A DNA stretch of 39,158 nucleotides from positions 1 through 39,158 of the IMG/VR virus record IMGVR_UViG_3300046373_000033, one strand, 5' to 3'. Made by a program: the position numbers and the translations under genes. The DNA comes from a virus. Every line of letters begins with the position of its first letter. The first letter of the stretch is position 1. The notes beneath the pieces were generated by a model, which was given only the letters and a program-made list of their open reading frames with translations, searched no databases and had not been told where the DNA came from. This document shows positions 29,865-37,930 of the stretch, one piece after another.

Positions 29865-31714
29865 TGGCAGTCATCGATAACGTAGCGGCTGGCACTCAGT
29901 CATCTGCACACTTTGTCCCAGCCGGAACGATCATCACTGTCACTCCTTCTGCGGGTGCCACGGCAACGGTTATGTACACGGTGCAGGACCGCAATGCGAT
30001 CACTAATAACGTTGCCACTTACCTTAATTGGCCGAAGGGTGCGGTTACTTCGAGTGCCAGCGATCTAGCTGCAAGGTCGATGCGAATTAGGGTGGTGGCG
30101 ACTGGCGGAACAGTGCAATTAAGCACAAATACAAATCCGACAAATGTGGATTTGGCTCCGTATTTAGCTGATTTTGGCGGTAGTGCGAAATATGCTACAG
30201 ATTCAACTGGTGCAGTGGTTGGCTTGACCGCGCCGGGAGGCAGCATTATCGGATTTGGCGGCGGCGGTTATGTCCTGCCAACTGCGAGCGCCACTACACT
30301 AGGCGGGATCAAGATAGGCACTGGGCTTTCCATCGATGGTACGGGCACCGTAACAGCCTCTGGTGGCGGCGGCTCCGCCATCAATCAGGACAGCACCTTT
30401 ACGCTCACCGATTGGGTCAACAACAACCGTGACACTTACCCTGTCATGACATCTGGCGCACGTCCGCGCAGTAAAGCGCTCAAGCGCGACCCCGCAACCC
30501 GCCGCCTGGTTCAGTTCGACACGCTTGCAAATACTTACTCGACGCAATCTGGCCTGTCTGATGTGACGACGAACGACGCAATGCTTGGAACAAGCGCGGT
30601 TCAGTTGCAGACAACCAGTCTGACCACGCACTTTGTTGCGCCTACCAATGCAAACGTACTGACGACGCCTATCAATGCAACTGGCGCGATCATGAAGTTC
30701 TGCTACAAGCCTATCAATCCGTCGCCAGTGGGGACTATTTCCACTTTTAACTTCCAATTGTTTTCTTCCGGAACACCAACAGCGCCAGGATCAAACTACC
30801 ACGAGTGGGGCGGTTCCGGCATCGTTCAGACGATTACAGCGAATGGCGGCAATGAAGGGCGCTGGCAGGGTTATGGTGTTGCCATTTCTCAGTTCAGCGC
30901 GGTAGGCACAGGCGCTGACCTGACTGCAATCACTTGGGGTCGTATCGTTGTACGCACCACAAGCGGAACGTGGACTATCCAACTCGGATACATTGACATT
31001 GTGCCCAATCGCCTGACGAAGGCCAAAGTCATCCTTGGCTTTGACGATCTGCACGACGCACAGTGGGAATACGTTTTGCCGCTGATGGCTCGCTATGGCT
31101 TCCCTGGCGTGATCTATCCTGGCGCTCTAGGACAGACCGCCGGCAACAGCGCATCGTGGACGCCAAAGCGCATCCAAAACGCAAATGACTTTGATGACTG
31201 GCAGATTGGCTCGCAGGCGTATTCCACAGAAGCAAATACCCTTGACGGCTTTACGGAAGCGCAACGTGTAGCAGACTTCCAAAAACTGGCATCGCTGCAT
31301 TCCGGCTTAGGTGTGCAGGGCGGCATCGACGGAAGCTATTTCAGCAATGTCGGCTTCGTTGACATGCAGGTGTGGCCGACTTTCCGCAAGTTCTACCGCT
31401 CAATGCGAATTTTTAAGAACGGCGCTCCTGCGGCTGTTCAGACATTCCCGCCTGCTGATCCGCATCTGTGGTGGTGCATGAACGGCGTCACCTTTAACGA
31501 TTCGACAAACGGCGATAGCTTGGTTGCTCATGCGCAGTTGGCAATCACGCACAAAGGCGTTGCTGAGTTTGCTTGGCATAACGACCTTGGGAATGCAGGG
31601 ACGGTAACAGCGGGTCAAACGGGCTTCAAGCAACTTCTGGCGTTCTGCGATGCAAATCGATCATTGGTTGACGTGGTCACCAAAGACGACCTATATCTTT
31701 CATATGGAGGCTAA
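29864..31714 (+). CDS. Fibre-like virion protein with a C-terminal polysaccharide-deacetylase-like domain (tentative)
   Basis: Fibre motif YVLPTASATTLGGIKIGTGLSIDGTGTVTASGGG. C-terminal part KAKVILGFDDLHDAQWEYVLPLMARYGFPGVIY resembles the NodB TFDDG block; other NodB motifs were not confirmed. Confidence 0.45.
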   Translation: MAVIDNVAAGTQSSAHFVPAGTIITVTPSAGATATVMYTVQDRNAITNNVATYLNWPKGAVTSSASDLAARSMRIRVVATGGTVQLSTNTNPTNVDLAPYLADFGGSAKYATDSTGAVVGLTAPGGSIIGFGGGGYVLPTASATTLGGIKIGTGLSIDGTGTVTASGGGGSAINQDSTFTLTDWVNNNRDTYPVMTSGARPRSKALKRDPATRRLVQFDTLANTYSTQSGLSDVTTNDAMLGTSAVQLQTTSLTTHFVAPTNANVLTTPINATGAIMKFCYKPINPSPVGTISTFNFQLFSSGTPTAPGSNYHEWGGSGIVQTITANGGNEGRWQGYGVAISQFSAVGTGADLTAITWGRIVVRTTSGTWTIQLGYIDIVPNRLTKAKVILGFDDLHDAQWEYVLPLMARYGFPGVIYPGALGQTAGNSASWTPKRIQNANDFDDWQIGSQAYSTEANTLDGFTEAQRVADFQKLASLHSGLGVQGGIDGSYFSNVGFVDMQVWPTFRKFYRSMRIFKNGAPAAVQTFPPADPHLWWCMNGVTFNDSTNGDSLVAHAQLAITHKGVAEFAWHNDLGNAGTVTAGQTGFKQLLAFCDANRSLVDVVTKDDLYLSYGG

Positions 31715-31717
31715 AAC

Positions 31718-32068
31718 ATGGCACAAGTAATGATGTACAAATCCCCCGGCCCATACGCTCAGTATGGCAACACGATGATGAATCTGGCTGTTGAGGATGA
31801 GCAGATTGAAATGGCTAAAGCTGAAGGCTGGTTCATGAGTGTTGACGAGGCGAAGAAGGCGCAGGCCGATGCAGAGGCAAACATCCTGATTCCCCAATCG
31901 CCGGCAGTGGATGCCACCATGCCTGAGTTCGTTGACGTTGACAGCCTGAGCCGAAAAGAGCTTGAGCAAGCAGCACGAGACCACGGCATTGAGTTTGATG
32001 GCCGTATTGGCGACGAGAAGCTGAAACGCAAAGTTGCTGAGGCAGCAAAGAACGAAGCTAAGGAATAG
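31718..32068 (+). CDS. Hypothetical protein (116 aa) with a SAP/HeH-like C-terminal helix pair
   Basis: GGAGG lies 7 nt upstream. LSRKELEQAARDHGIEFDGRIGDEKLKRKV. Confidence 0.55.
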   Translation: MAQVMMYKSPGPYAQYGNTMMNLAVEDEQIEMAKAEGWFMSVDEAKKAQADAEANILIPQSPAVDATMPEFVDVDSLSRKELEQAARDHGIEFDGRIGDEKLKRKVAEAAKNEAKE

Positions 32069-32070
32069 TC

Positions 32071-32496
32071 ATGGCAACCACGCCGGTTATCTCAGTAGAC
32101 CAACGAACGAACCAAGGTAATCAGCGGCCCGTTGATTCGGACTTTCCACTGCCAGTATCGCCAACGCCTGGAATGCTGGCCGCTCCGAGCAACGCACGCA
32201 GCACGGCGTATGCAAACAGCCTGTTGGTGAAGGCAACGCCTGGCACGTTGTACGGTATGGCAGGCTATAACAGTGGTCCTGACCAGTTCATCCAACTGTA
32301 TGACGCTGTGAGCCTGCCAGCGAATGGCGTGGCTCCTGTGGTCACTTTCCGCGTGCCTGCGCAGAACAATTTCAGCATTGAGTTTGGGCCGTATGGCTTT
32401 CGCTTCGATGCTGGCATGGTTGTGGGTAACTCGACTACTGGCCCGACCAAGACAATCGGCGCTGCTGACACGTTCTTTTACGGGCGGTACGTATGA
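32071..32496 (+). CDS. Hypothetical virion-module protein (141 aa)
   Basis: AAGGA lies 6 nt upstream. ORF track. Confidence 0.55.
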   Translation: MATTPVISVDQRTNQGNQRPVDSDFPLPVSPTPGMLAAPSNARSTAYANSLLVKATPGTLYGMAGYNSGPDQFIQLYDAVSLPANGVAPVVTFRVPAQNNFSIEFGPYGFRFDAGMVVGNSTTGPTKTIGAADTFFYGRYV

Positions 32497-32744
32497 CGAT
32501 GATCATCATCTCGTCAGGGTTGGATCCGCTCAAGGCTACATCTACCAGTACGCCAACGCTGGTTGGTGGCACGGTAACGGTGGCTGATCCACTCATTCAG
32601 GCCACGTCGGCAATCAGCCCGACAGGCTTAGGCATTATCAACCTCGGCACCCTCACGGTGACGATTAACCCAGGTGTGGGCTACACCATTAAATCGAGCA
32701 ACGTTCTCGATGCACGCAATCTCTCAGTAGGCATCATTTACTAA
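32493..32744 (+). CDS. Hypothetical protein (83 aa), T/S/G-rich
   Basis: ATGA overlap with the upstream gene. Confidence 0.5.
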   Translation: MTMIIISSGLDPLKATSTSTPTLVGGTVTVADPLIQATSAISPTGLGIINLGTLTVTINPGVGYTIKSSNVLDARNLSVGIIY

Positions 32745-32769
32745 CCCTCTTGCCGGGTAGGCATGTTTT

Positions 32770-32793
32770 AGGCTCGCTTCGGCGGGCCTTTTT
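32770..32793 (+). terminator. Intrinsic terminator inside the late operon, upstream of the scaffold gene
   Basis: AGGCTCGC-TTCG-GCGGGCCT (one G-U pair) followed by TTTTT. Confidence 0.65.
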
Positions 32794-32807
32794 ACTTGGA
32801 TATTTCC

Positions 32808-33584
32808 ATGAACGAAGAAAACGCAGTTGAACAAATCGTTGATGTTGTGACGGACCCCGCGCCATCGGCGGAGGCGGAAGCCAAACCAGATGAGACTGTC
32901 GAGAAGCAGCCGGAATCGACCCCGGAACAAGACGCCAAAGCAGCGGAGGATGCCAAGCAAAAGGCTATCCAAAAACGCTTTGATCGTTTGACGAAGGAAA
33001 AGTACGAGGCAAAAGCTCGTGCGGACTACCTTGAAAGCATCGTCAACCAAGGTGCCAACAAGCAGCAGGAAAGCAAGCAAGACGGACGCCCTCAGCAATC
33101 GCAATACGCAAGCGCTGAAGACTTCGTTGAAGCTTTGACGGACTGGAAGCTGGAACAGCGCGAAGCAGTCTCAAAACAAGCTGAATCGCAACGTGCGCAA
33201 CAGTCGGAGCAGCAGAAGATCGAAAAGATTTTTGCTGATGCCGAAGCGCTGGGCAACTTTGACCGTGAAGACTTCGCAGAAAGCGTGAAGATCACACAGC
33301 CAATGGCAGACGCTATCAAGGAGTCCGACATTGCTGCAAAGCTGGTTTCCCACCTGTACGCCAATCCTGAAGAAGCTGAACGCATTGCAAGCCTTTCCAA
33401 TGCACGTCAAGCGGTCGAACTGGGGAAGTTGGAAGTAAAGCTTTCTACCGTCGCCCCGAAAGTCAGCAAAGCCCCTGCGCCCATCGATCCGATTGGTAAG
33501 GGCAAAGCATCCAATTCATCGCTCGACACGGATGATATGGAGGAATTCGTAGCGCTCATGCGTAAGCAGGGCATGCGAGTTTAA
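32808..33584 (+). CDS. Scaffolding protein
   Basis: Highly charged and helical (E/K/A/Q-rich). Immediately upstream of the coat gene. Track start 32796 is TTG, so ATG 32808 is used. Confidence 0.7.
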   Translation: MNEENAVEQIVDVVTDPAPSAEAEAKPDETVEKQPESTPEQDAKAAEDAKQKAIQKRFDRLTKEKYEAKARADYLESIVNQGANKQQESKQDGRPQQSQYASAEDFVEALTDWKLEQREAVSKQAESQRAQQSEQQKIEKIFADAEALGNFDREDFAESVKITQPMADAIKESDIAAKLVSHLYANPEEAERIASLSNARQAVELGKLEVKLSTVAPKVSKAPAPIDPIGKGKASNSSLDTDDMEEFVALMRKQGMRV

Positions 33585-33603
33585 CAATCAACGCAATCAA
33601 CTA

Positions 33604-33626
33604 GCCGCCTCCGGGCGGTTTTTTTT
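33604..33626 (+). terminator. Intrinsic terminator between the scaffold and coat genes
   Basis: CCGCC-TCCG-GGCGG followed by T8. Confidence 0.65.
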
Positions 33627-33648
33627 CGTCCAAAGATAAGGAAATACC

Positions 33649-34869
33649 ATGTCTAACCAATTAGCAACCTCCAACCTCGTTGCCAAGACTGCACTCGCAG
33701 TCCTGGAAAACATGCTCAGCTTCACCAAGAGCGTCAACCGTGATTATGAAGATGAGTTCGGCAAGGATAAAGGCGGCGCATATGCCTCCGGCCAAACCAT
33801 CAACATCAAGCGCCCACCGCGCTACAGCTATCGTGCTGGACGCGTAGCTGCGCCACAATCGACCGTTGAAAACACCATTCCACTGACGCTGCAACAAGGT
33901 GGTGTGGATATCTCGTTTACCAGCCTGGAACGCACACTGTCCCTGACTTCGCTGGAAGACAAGCTGCGTGCCGCAATGGCTCCGGTTGCCAACGAAATTG
34001 ACCGCCAAGGTCTGGCGATGGCTCACTACTCGACGTTCAACGCACTGAACGCGTCGGGCGCACTGCCTACCACTTCGGCACTGGCCATCCAATCGATGAC
34101 CCAAATGGGCCAACGTCTGGATGAAATGGCCGCGCCTCGTGATGGTCGCCGCGCTGCCATCTTCAACCCAGCAATGAACGCTTCGCTCGTTCAAGGCTTC
34201 GGCGGTTTCTTCAACAACCAAGCCAAACTGGCAACGCAGTACAACGAAGGCGTCGTGCAAGACAACTCGTTTGGCTTCGGTACTGTCGGCATGGATCAGA
34301 ACGTTGATGTCCACACCAACGGCACAGCTACCGCAACCAACATCAACGGCGCTAACCAGACCGGTAACAGCATCACCGTTGTTGCTACCACTGGCGGCAC
34401 GCTGACCCGTGGCACCGTGATCAGCCTGCCTGGCGTGTTCGCAGTCAACCCGCAATCGCGTCAATCCACCGGGCAACTGGCGCAGTTCGTGGTTACCGCT
34501 GACGTGCTGACCGGTTCGACCTCGATCCCAATCTCGCCAGCTATCATCCCAAGCGGCAATTTCCAGAACGTCACTGCTTCGCCAACCAACGGTCAGCCAT
34601 ACGTGATCTTTGGCGCTGCTGGTCAAACCTTCAGCACGAACGTGGCATTCCACAAAGATGCATTCACCCTGGCCTGCGTACCAATGTGGGCACCTGCTGG
34701 CGGCAAGGGCGTTGTGGACGTTGCCCGCAAGTCGTACAAGGGTCTCAACCTGCGCGTCATCGAGTACTTCGATGGCACCAACGACGTAAGCGCGATGCGT
34801 ATCGATGTGCTTTTTGGCTGGGCAGCGCCTTATCCAGAATTGGCCGTCAAGTACTACAGCCAGCCATAA
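33649..34869 (+). CDS. Major capsid protein, P22 coat-protein family
   Basis: 406 aa. LVAKTALAVLENMLSFTKSVNRDYEDEFGKDKGGAYASGQTINIKRPPRY matches the remembered P22-coat N-terminal pattern. AAGGA lies upstream. Confidence 0.85.
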   Translation: MSNQLATSNLVAKTALAVLENMLSFTKSVNRDYEDEFGKDKGGAYASGQTINIKRPPRYSYRAGRVAAPQSTVENTIPLTLQQGGVDISFTSLERTLSLTSLEDKLRAAMAPVANEIDRQGLAMAHYSTFNALNASGALPTTSALAIQSMTQMGQRLDEMAAPRDGRRAAIFNPAMNASLVQGFGGFFNNQAKLATQYNEGVVQDNSFGFGTVGMDQNVDVHTNGTATATNINGANQTGNSITVVATTGGTLTRGTVISLPGVFAVNPQSRQSTGQLAQFVVTADVLTGSTSIPISPAIIPSGNFQNVTASPTNGQPYVIFGAAGQTFSTNVAFHKDAFTLACVPMWAPAGGKGVVDVARKSYKGLNLRVIEYFDGTNDVSAMRIDVLFGWAAPYPELAVKYYSQP

Positions 34870-34916
34870 GCAATGATGCCGTCCTAGTGGCGGCTAACTC
34901 AATTCAAGGATAAATC

Positions 34917-35318
34917 ATGACTGTCACACTCAATCGCGCTTATATGGGCCTGCTGTCCGGCTCTACCGTCAACCTTTCAACCAACGTCGAAAATGCTCTG
35001 ATCGCTCAAGGTCTGGCATCGTCGGCACTCGCTGCCAACATCACGCCGGGCCCGTACACCTACAATGGTAACGATGGCCGTGCTGGCATCCCCGCTGGAT
35101 CCAGCTCGGTGACCATCACCAATGCTCTGGTCGATGCCAATTCGAAGATCTACGCCACGGTCGCTCAGGCTACGGCTGACACCGGCTTTGTCCGTGTTGA
35201 ACGTGTCGTGCCTGCTGCTGGCTCGTTCACGATCTACGGCACGGGCAATGCCGCTGCAACCACGCTGGTTGATTGGGGTATCACCAACAACCTCGGCCTT
35301 GTCATCACCAATCCTTAA
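34917..35318 (+). CDS. Hypothetical head-associated protein (possible decoration protein, by position)
   Basis: 133 aa, directly after the coat gene. A GC-rich hairpin follows (35325-35347, no T-run). Confidence 0.5.
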   Translation: MTVTLNRAYMGLLSGSTVNLSTNVENALIAQGLASSALAANITPGPYTYNGNDGRAGIPAGSSSVTITNALVDANSKIYATVAQATADTGFVRVERVVPAAGSFTIYGTGNAAATTLVDWGITNNLGLVITNP

Positions 35319-35351
35319 TCGGAGCGCCCCGGCTTCGGTCGGGGCGATACT

Positions 35352-36041
35352 ATGACCACAGCTATTGATTTCATCAACCGTGCGTTAAGATCCACGGGCA
35401 TCCTTGCGTCTGGCGAATCGGCTGATGCGGCAATGGCTGCTGATGCGTTTGTGACGCTCAATGACATGCTTGATTCATGGTCAGTGGCGAATATCTTCCT
35501 GTATTGCATGGTTGATGTCCCACTATCTGCCACGCTGAATCAGGGGCAATACACCATTGGACCGGGCGGTAATTTCAACACTGTCAGGCCAACGACAATC
35601 CAGAGCATGACCTATCAGGTAGGCGAAATATCCTACGATGTAACTCCTCTGACTCGAGATCAGTTTTCCAGCATTGGCGTGAAGTCGAATGGTGGCATTC
35701 CTGCATGGTTCAACTATGAGCCGACATTCCCACTTGGCGTAATCTCGATCTATCCAGTTCCAGCCACAGCAGGTACTTTGCTTGCCCAACTGCCACAGCA
35801 ATTCACGCAGTTTGCTACGTTGACGACCAATATCAACTTCCCACCAGGGTACAACGAAGCTATCCACCTCGGACTGGCCGTCATGCTGTGCAATGAGTTC
35901 AAGATTGAGCTAACACCACTGTTGAAGGCATCGGAGCAGCGGGCATTCAAACGCATCAAGCGCGCCAACGTGCAGATACCGACCCTCTCTATCCCAGGTG
36001 AGTTGATCACTTACGAATCGCTGCCATACGGGTATTTCTGA
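35352..36041 (+). CDS. Head-to-tail adaptor, P22 gp4-like N-terminus
   Basis: IDFINRALRSTGILASGESADAAMAADAFVTLNDMLDSW parallels P22 gp4 LVRAALRKLGVASDATLT...AVDDLEAMMAEW (from memory). Confidence 0.55.
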   Translation: MTTAIDFINRALRSTGILASGESADAAMAADAFVTLNDMLDSWSVANIFLYCMVDVPLSATLNQGQYTIGPGGNFNTVRPTTIQSMTYQVGEISYDVTPLTRDQFSSIGVKSNGGIPAWFNYEPTFPLGVISIYPVPATAGTLLAQLPQQFTQFATLTTNINFPPGYNEAIHLGLAVMLCNEFKIELTPLLKASEQRAFKRIKRANVQIPTLSIPGELITYESLPYGYF

Positions 36042-36874
36042 TGAAACTGACCGTCACGTATGGAAAGGGATTTGAAGTAGGGCATGCAAGCAAAGTGGAT
36101 TTCCTTGAGTCTGAATTTCTCAAGATGTCTCAAGTTGAATGCCCTGTGGTCCATCGGTTTGGCCCTGGAATCTACATCCGTGAGGTAACTGTTCCAGCCG
36201 GATCGGCTGCAATAGGACACAAGCAGCGGTTCGCTCAGATGAATGTATTTCTGAGGGGGCGAGTCACTGTCGTGAATGACGATGGCACACATACAGAACT
36301 GGTCGCGCCAATGACTTTTGTCGGGCCACCTGGCCGAAAGGTTGGATACGTTCATGAGGATATGGTTTGGCAGAACGTTTACGCTACTGACGAAACAGAT
36401 ATCGAGAAACTTGAGTCTATGTTTCTGGATAAAAGTGAAGTCTGGCAAAATTCACAGCCAAAGCTAATTGCCGTGGATTATTCGGCGGATTTCAAAGAAG
36501 CTCTAAAAGAATTCGGATTTACTGAGCAACAAGCACGCGATCAATCAGAAAATGAATCTGATCAAATTCCTTTCCCGCATGGTTCCTACAAAGTGGCAGT
36601 AGCGGACTCTCCAATCGAAGGTAAGGGTTTATTTGCCACAGCATCAATTCTTTACAAAGAAATAATCGCTCCAGCAAGAATCAATGGATTTCGGACGCCA
36701 GCAGGGCGATTTACGAACCACTCACCAACGCCGAATGCCAAGATGGTATGGATCGGCTCTGACATATACCTGATGGCATTAACCGCAATTCATGGATGCT
36801 CAGGCGGAATCATGGGCGAAGAAATAACAATCGATTACCGCGACGCGCTGCGTTTGCAAATCAAGGAGCAATAA
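36041..36874 (+). CDS. Two-domain protein: N-terminal cupin-like beta-barrel plus C-terminal SET-domain methyltransferase
   Basis: SET signatures IEGKGLFAT, RFTNHSPTPNA (RFINHSCxPN-like) and GEEITIDYR (ELxxDY-like). N-terminal VHRFGPGIYIREVTVPAGSAAIGHKQRFAQMNVFLRGRVTV. Confidence 0.7.
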   Translation: MKLTVTYGKGFEVGHASKVDFLESEFLKMSQVECPVVHRFGPGIYIREVTVPAGSAAIGHKQRFAQMNVFLRGRVTVVNDDGTHTELVAPMTFVGPPGRKVGYVHEDMVWQNVYATDETDIEKLESMFLDKSEVWQNSQPKLIAVDYSADFKEALKEFGFTEQQARDQSENESDQIPFPHGSYKVAVADSPIEGKGLFATASILYKEIIAPARINGFRTPAGRFTNHSPTPNAKMVWIGSDIYLMALTAIHGCSGGIMGEEITIDYRDALRLQIKEQ

Positions 36875-37927
36875 ATGTCAGGTATCGCAACGGCCGTAGT
36901 TGCAAGCTCAGTTATTGGCGGGGTCGTGTCTTCCAGCGCAGCCAGTAAAGCAGCAAATGCGCAAACACAGGCAGCAGACCAGGCTAACGCCACTCAGCAA
37001 GCCCAATACGATCAGACCCGTGCTGACAACATGCCCTGGATGAATCGTGGCAATGCTGCTGGTGACCGCCTGAGCTACCTTCTTGGAACTGGCGGCACAA
37101 ACGGCAGCGCCGCACCAGGGTCATCAATATTCGATCAAGCGGGCTATGACGCAGCCTTGAAGGCTTATCAGAATCAACAATCGCCAGCACAGACTCAATC
37201 CCAGGCTGCGAACCCATACGCAAACCGATACCAATTTGTCAGTGATGCCGAGTTGGATCGAATGGATGCGAGCCAGTTTAAACAATACCAAGACGCTTTA
37301 AATGGCGTCTCGAATACTCAGGCTGCAACCACTTCCGGCACACTTGCCGAGCCTACGCGGGACCAGTTCACCACTACTGTGGCTGGCACGAATGGCTCGA
37401 CCACCGATCCGCAATACGGCTCCCTCCTGCGTAACTTTACTCAGGATGACCTCAATAACGATGTCGTCTACAACTCGGGACTGCAATTCGGCCTGGATCA
37501 GGGCACACGAGGCATCAACAATCAAGCGGCAGCTAGTGGGAGCCAACTTTCAGGCGCGACTCTTAAGGCTCTGACGAAGTACGGCAATGACTATGCATCG
37601 ACCAAGGCTGGCGATGCCTACAACCGATTCCAGACAAACAAAAACAGCAACTACAACATGCTGGCCGGTGTCGCAGGTACAGGTCAGACGGCTAATTCGT
37701 TGCTGGCAAGCACCGGCGCAAATACCGCCAACCAAGTAAGCCAGAACCAACTTGCCGCAGGAAACTCTCGTGCTGCAAGCTCTATCGGCTCTGCAAATGC
37801 TCTTACCAACAGCATCAGTTCCGGGTACAACATGTATCAAAATAACCAGTTGGTGAATGCTCTGTCAAACAAGACTGCAGGTGTTCCACAGCTTCCCGGC
37901 GTAACTGGCTGGGTATCACAGGGATAA
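36875..37927 (+). CDS. Ejection/internal virion protein (first of three)
   Basis: N-terminal hydrophobic segment GIATAVVASSVIGGVVSSSAA, then a Q/N/A/S/T-rich sequence. ATG is directly adjacent to the upstream TAA. Confidence 0.6.
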   Translation: MSGIATAVVASSVIGGVVSSSAASKAANAQTQAADQANATQQAQYDQTRADNMPWMNRGNAAGDRLSYLLGTGGTNGSAAPGSSIFDQAGYDAALKAYQNQQSPAQTQSQAANPYANRYQFVSDAELDRMDASQFKQYQDALNGVSNTQAATTSGTLAEPTRDQFTTTVAGTNGSTTDPQYGSLLRNFTQDDLNNDVVYNSGLQFGLDQGTRGINNQAAASGSQLSGATLKALTKYGNDYASTKAGDAYNRFQTNKNSNYNMLAGVAGTGQTANSLLASTGANTANQVSQNQLAAGNSRAASSIGSANALTNSISSGYNMYQNNQLVNALSNKTAGVPQLPGVTGWVSQG

Positions 37928-37930
37928 ATA

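Noticed and set aside
33661-34653. 330-aa ORF antisense to the major capsid gene.
   Set aside because: It lies wholly inside the well-supported P22-type coat gene on the opposite strand. It is an R/G/H-rich shadow ORF with no SD.
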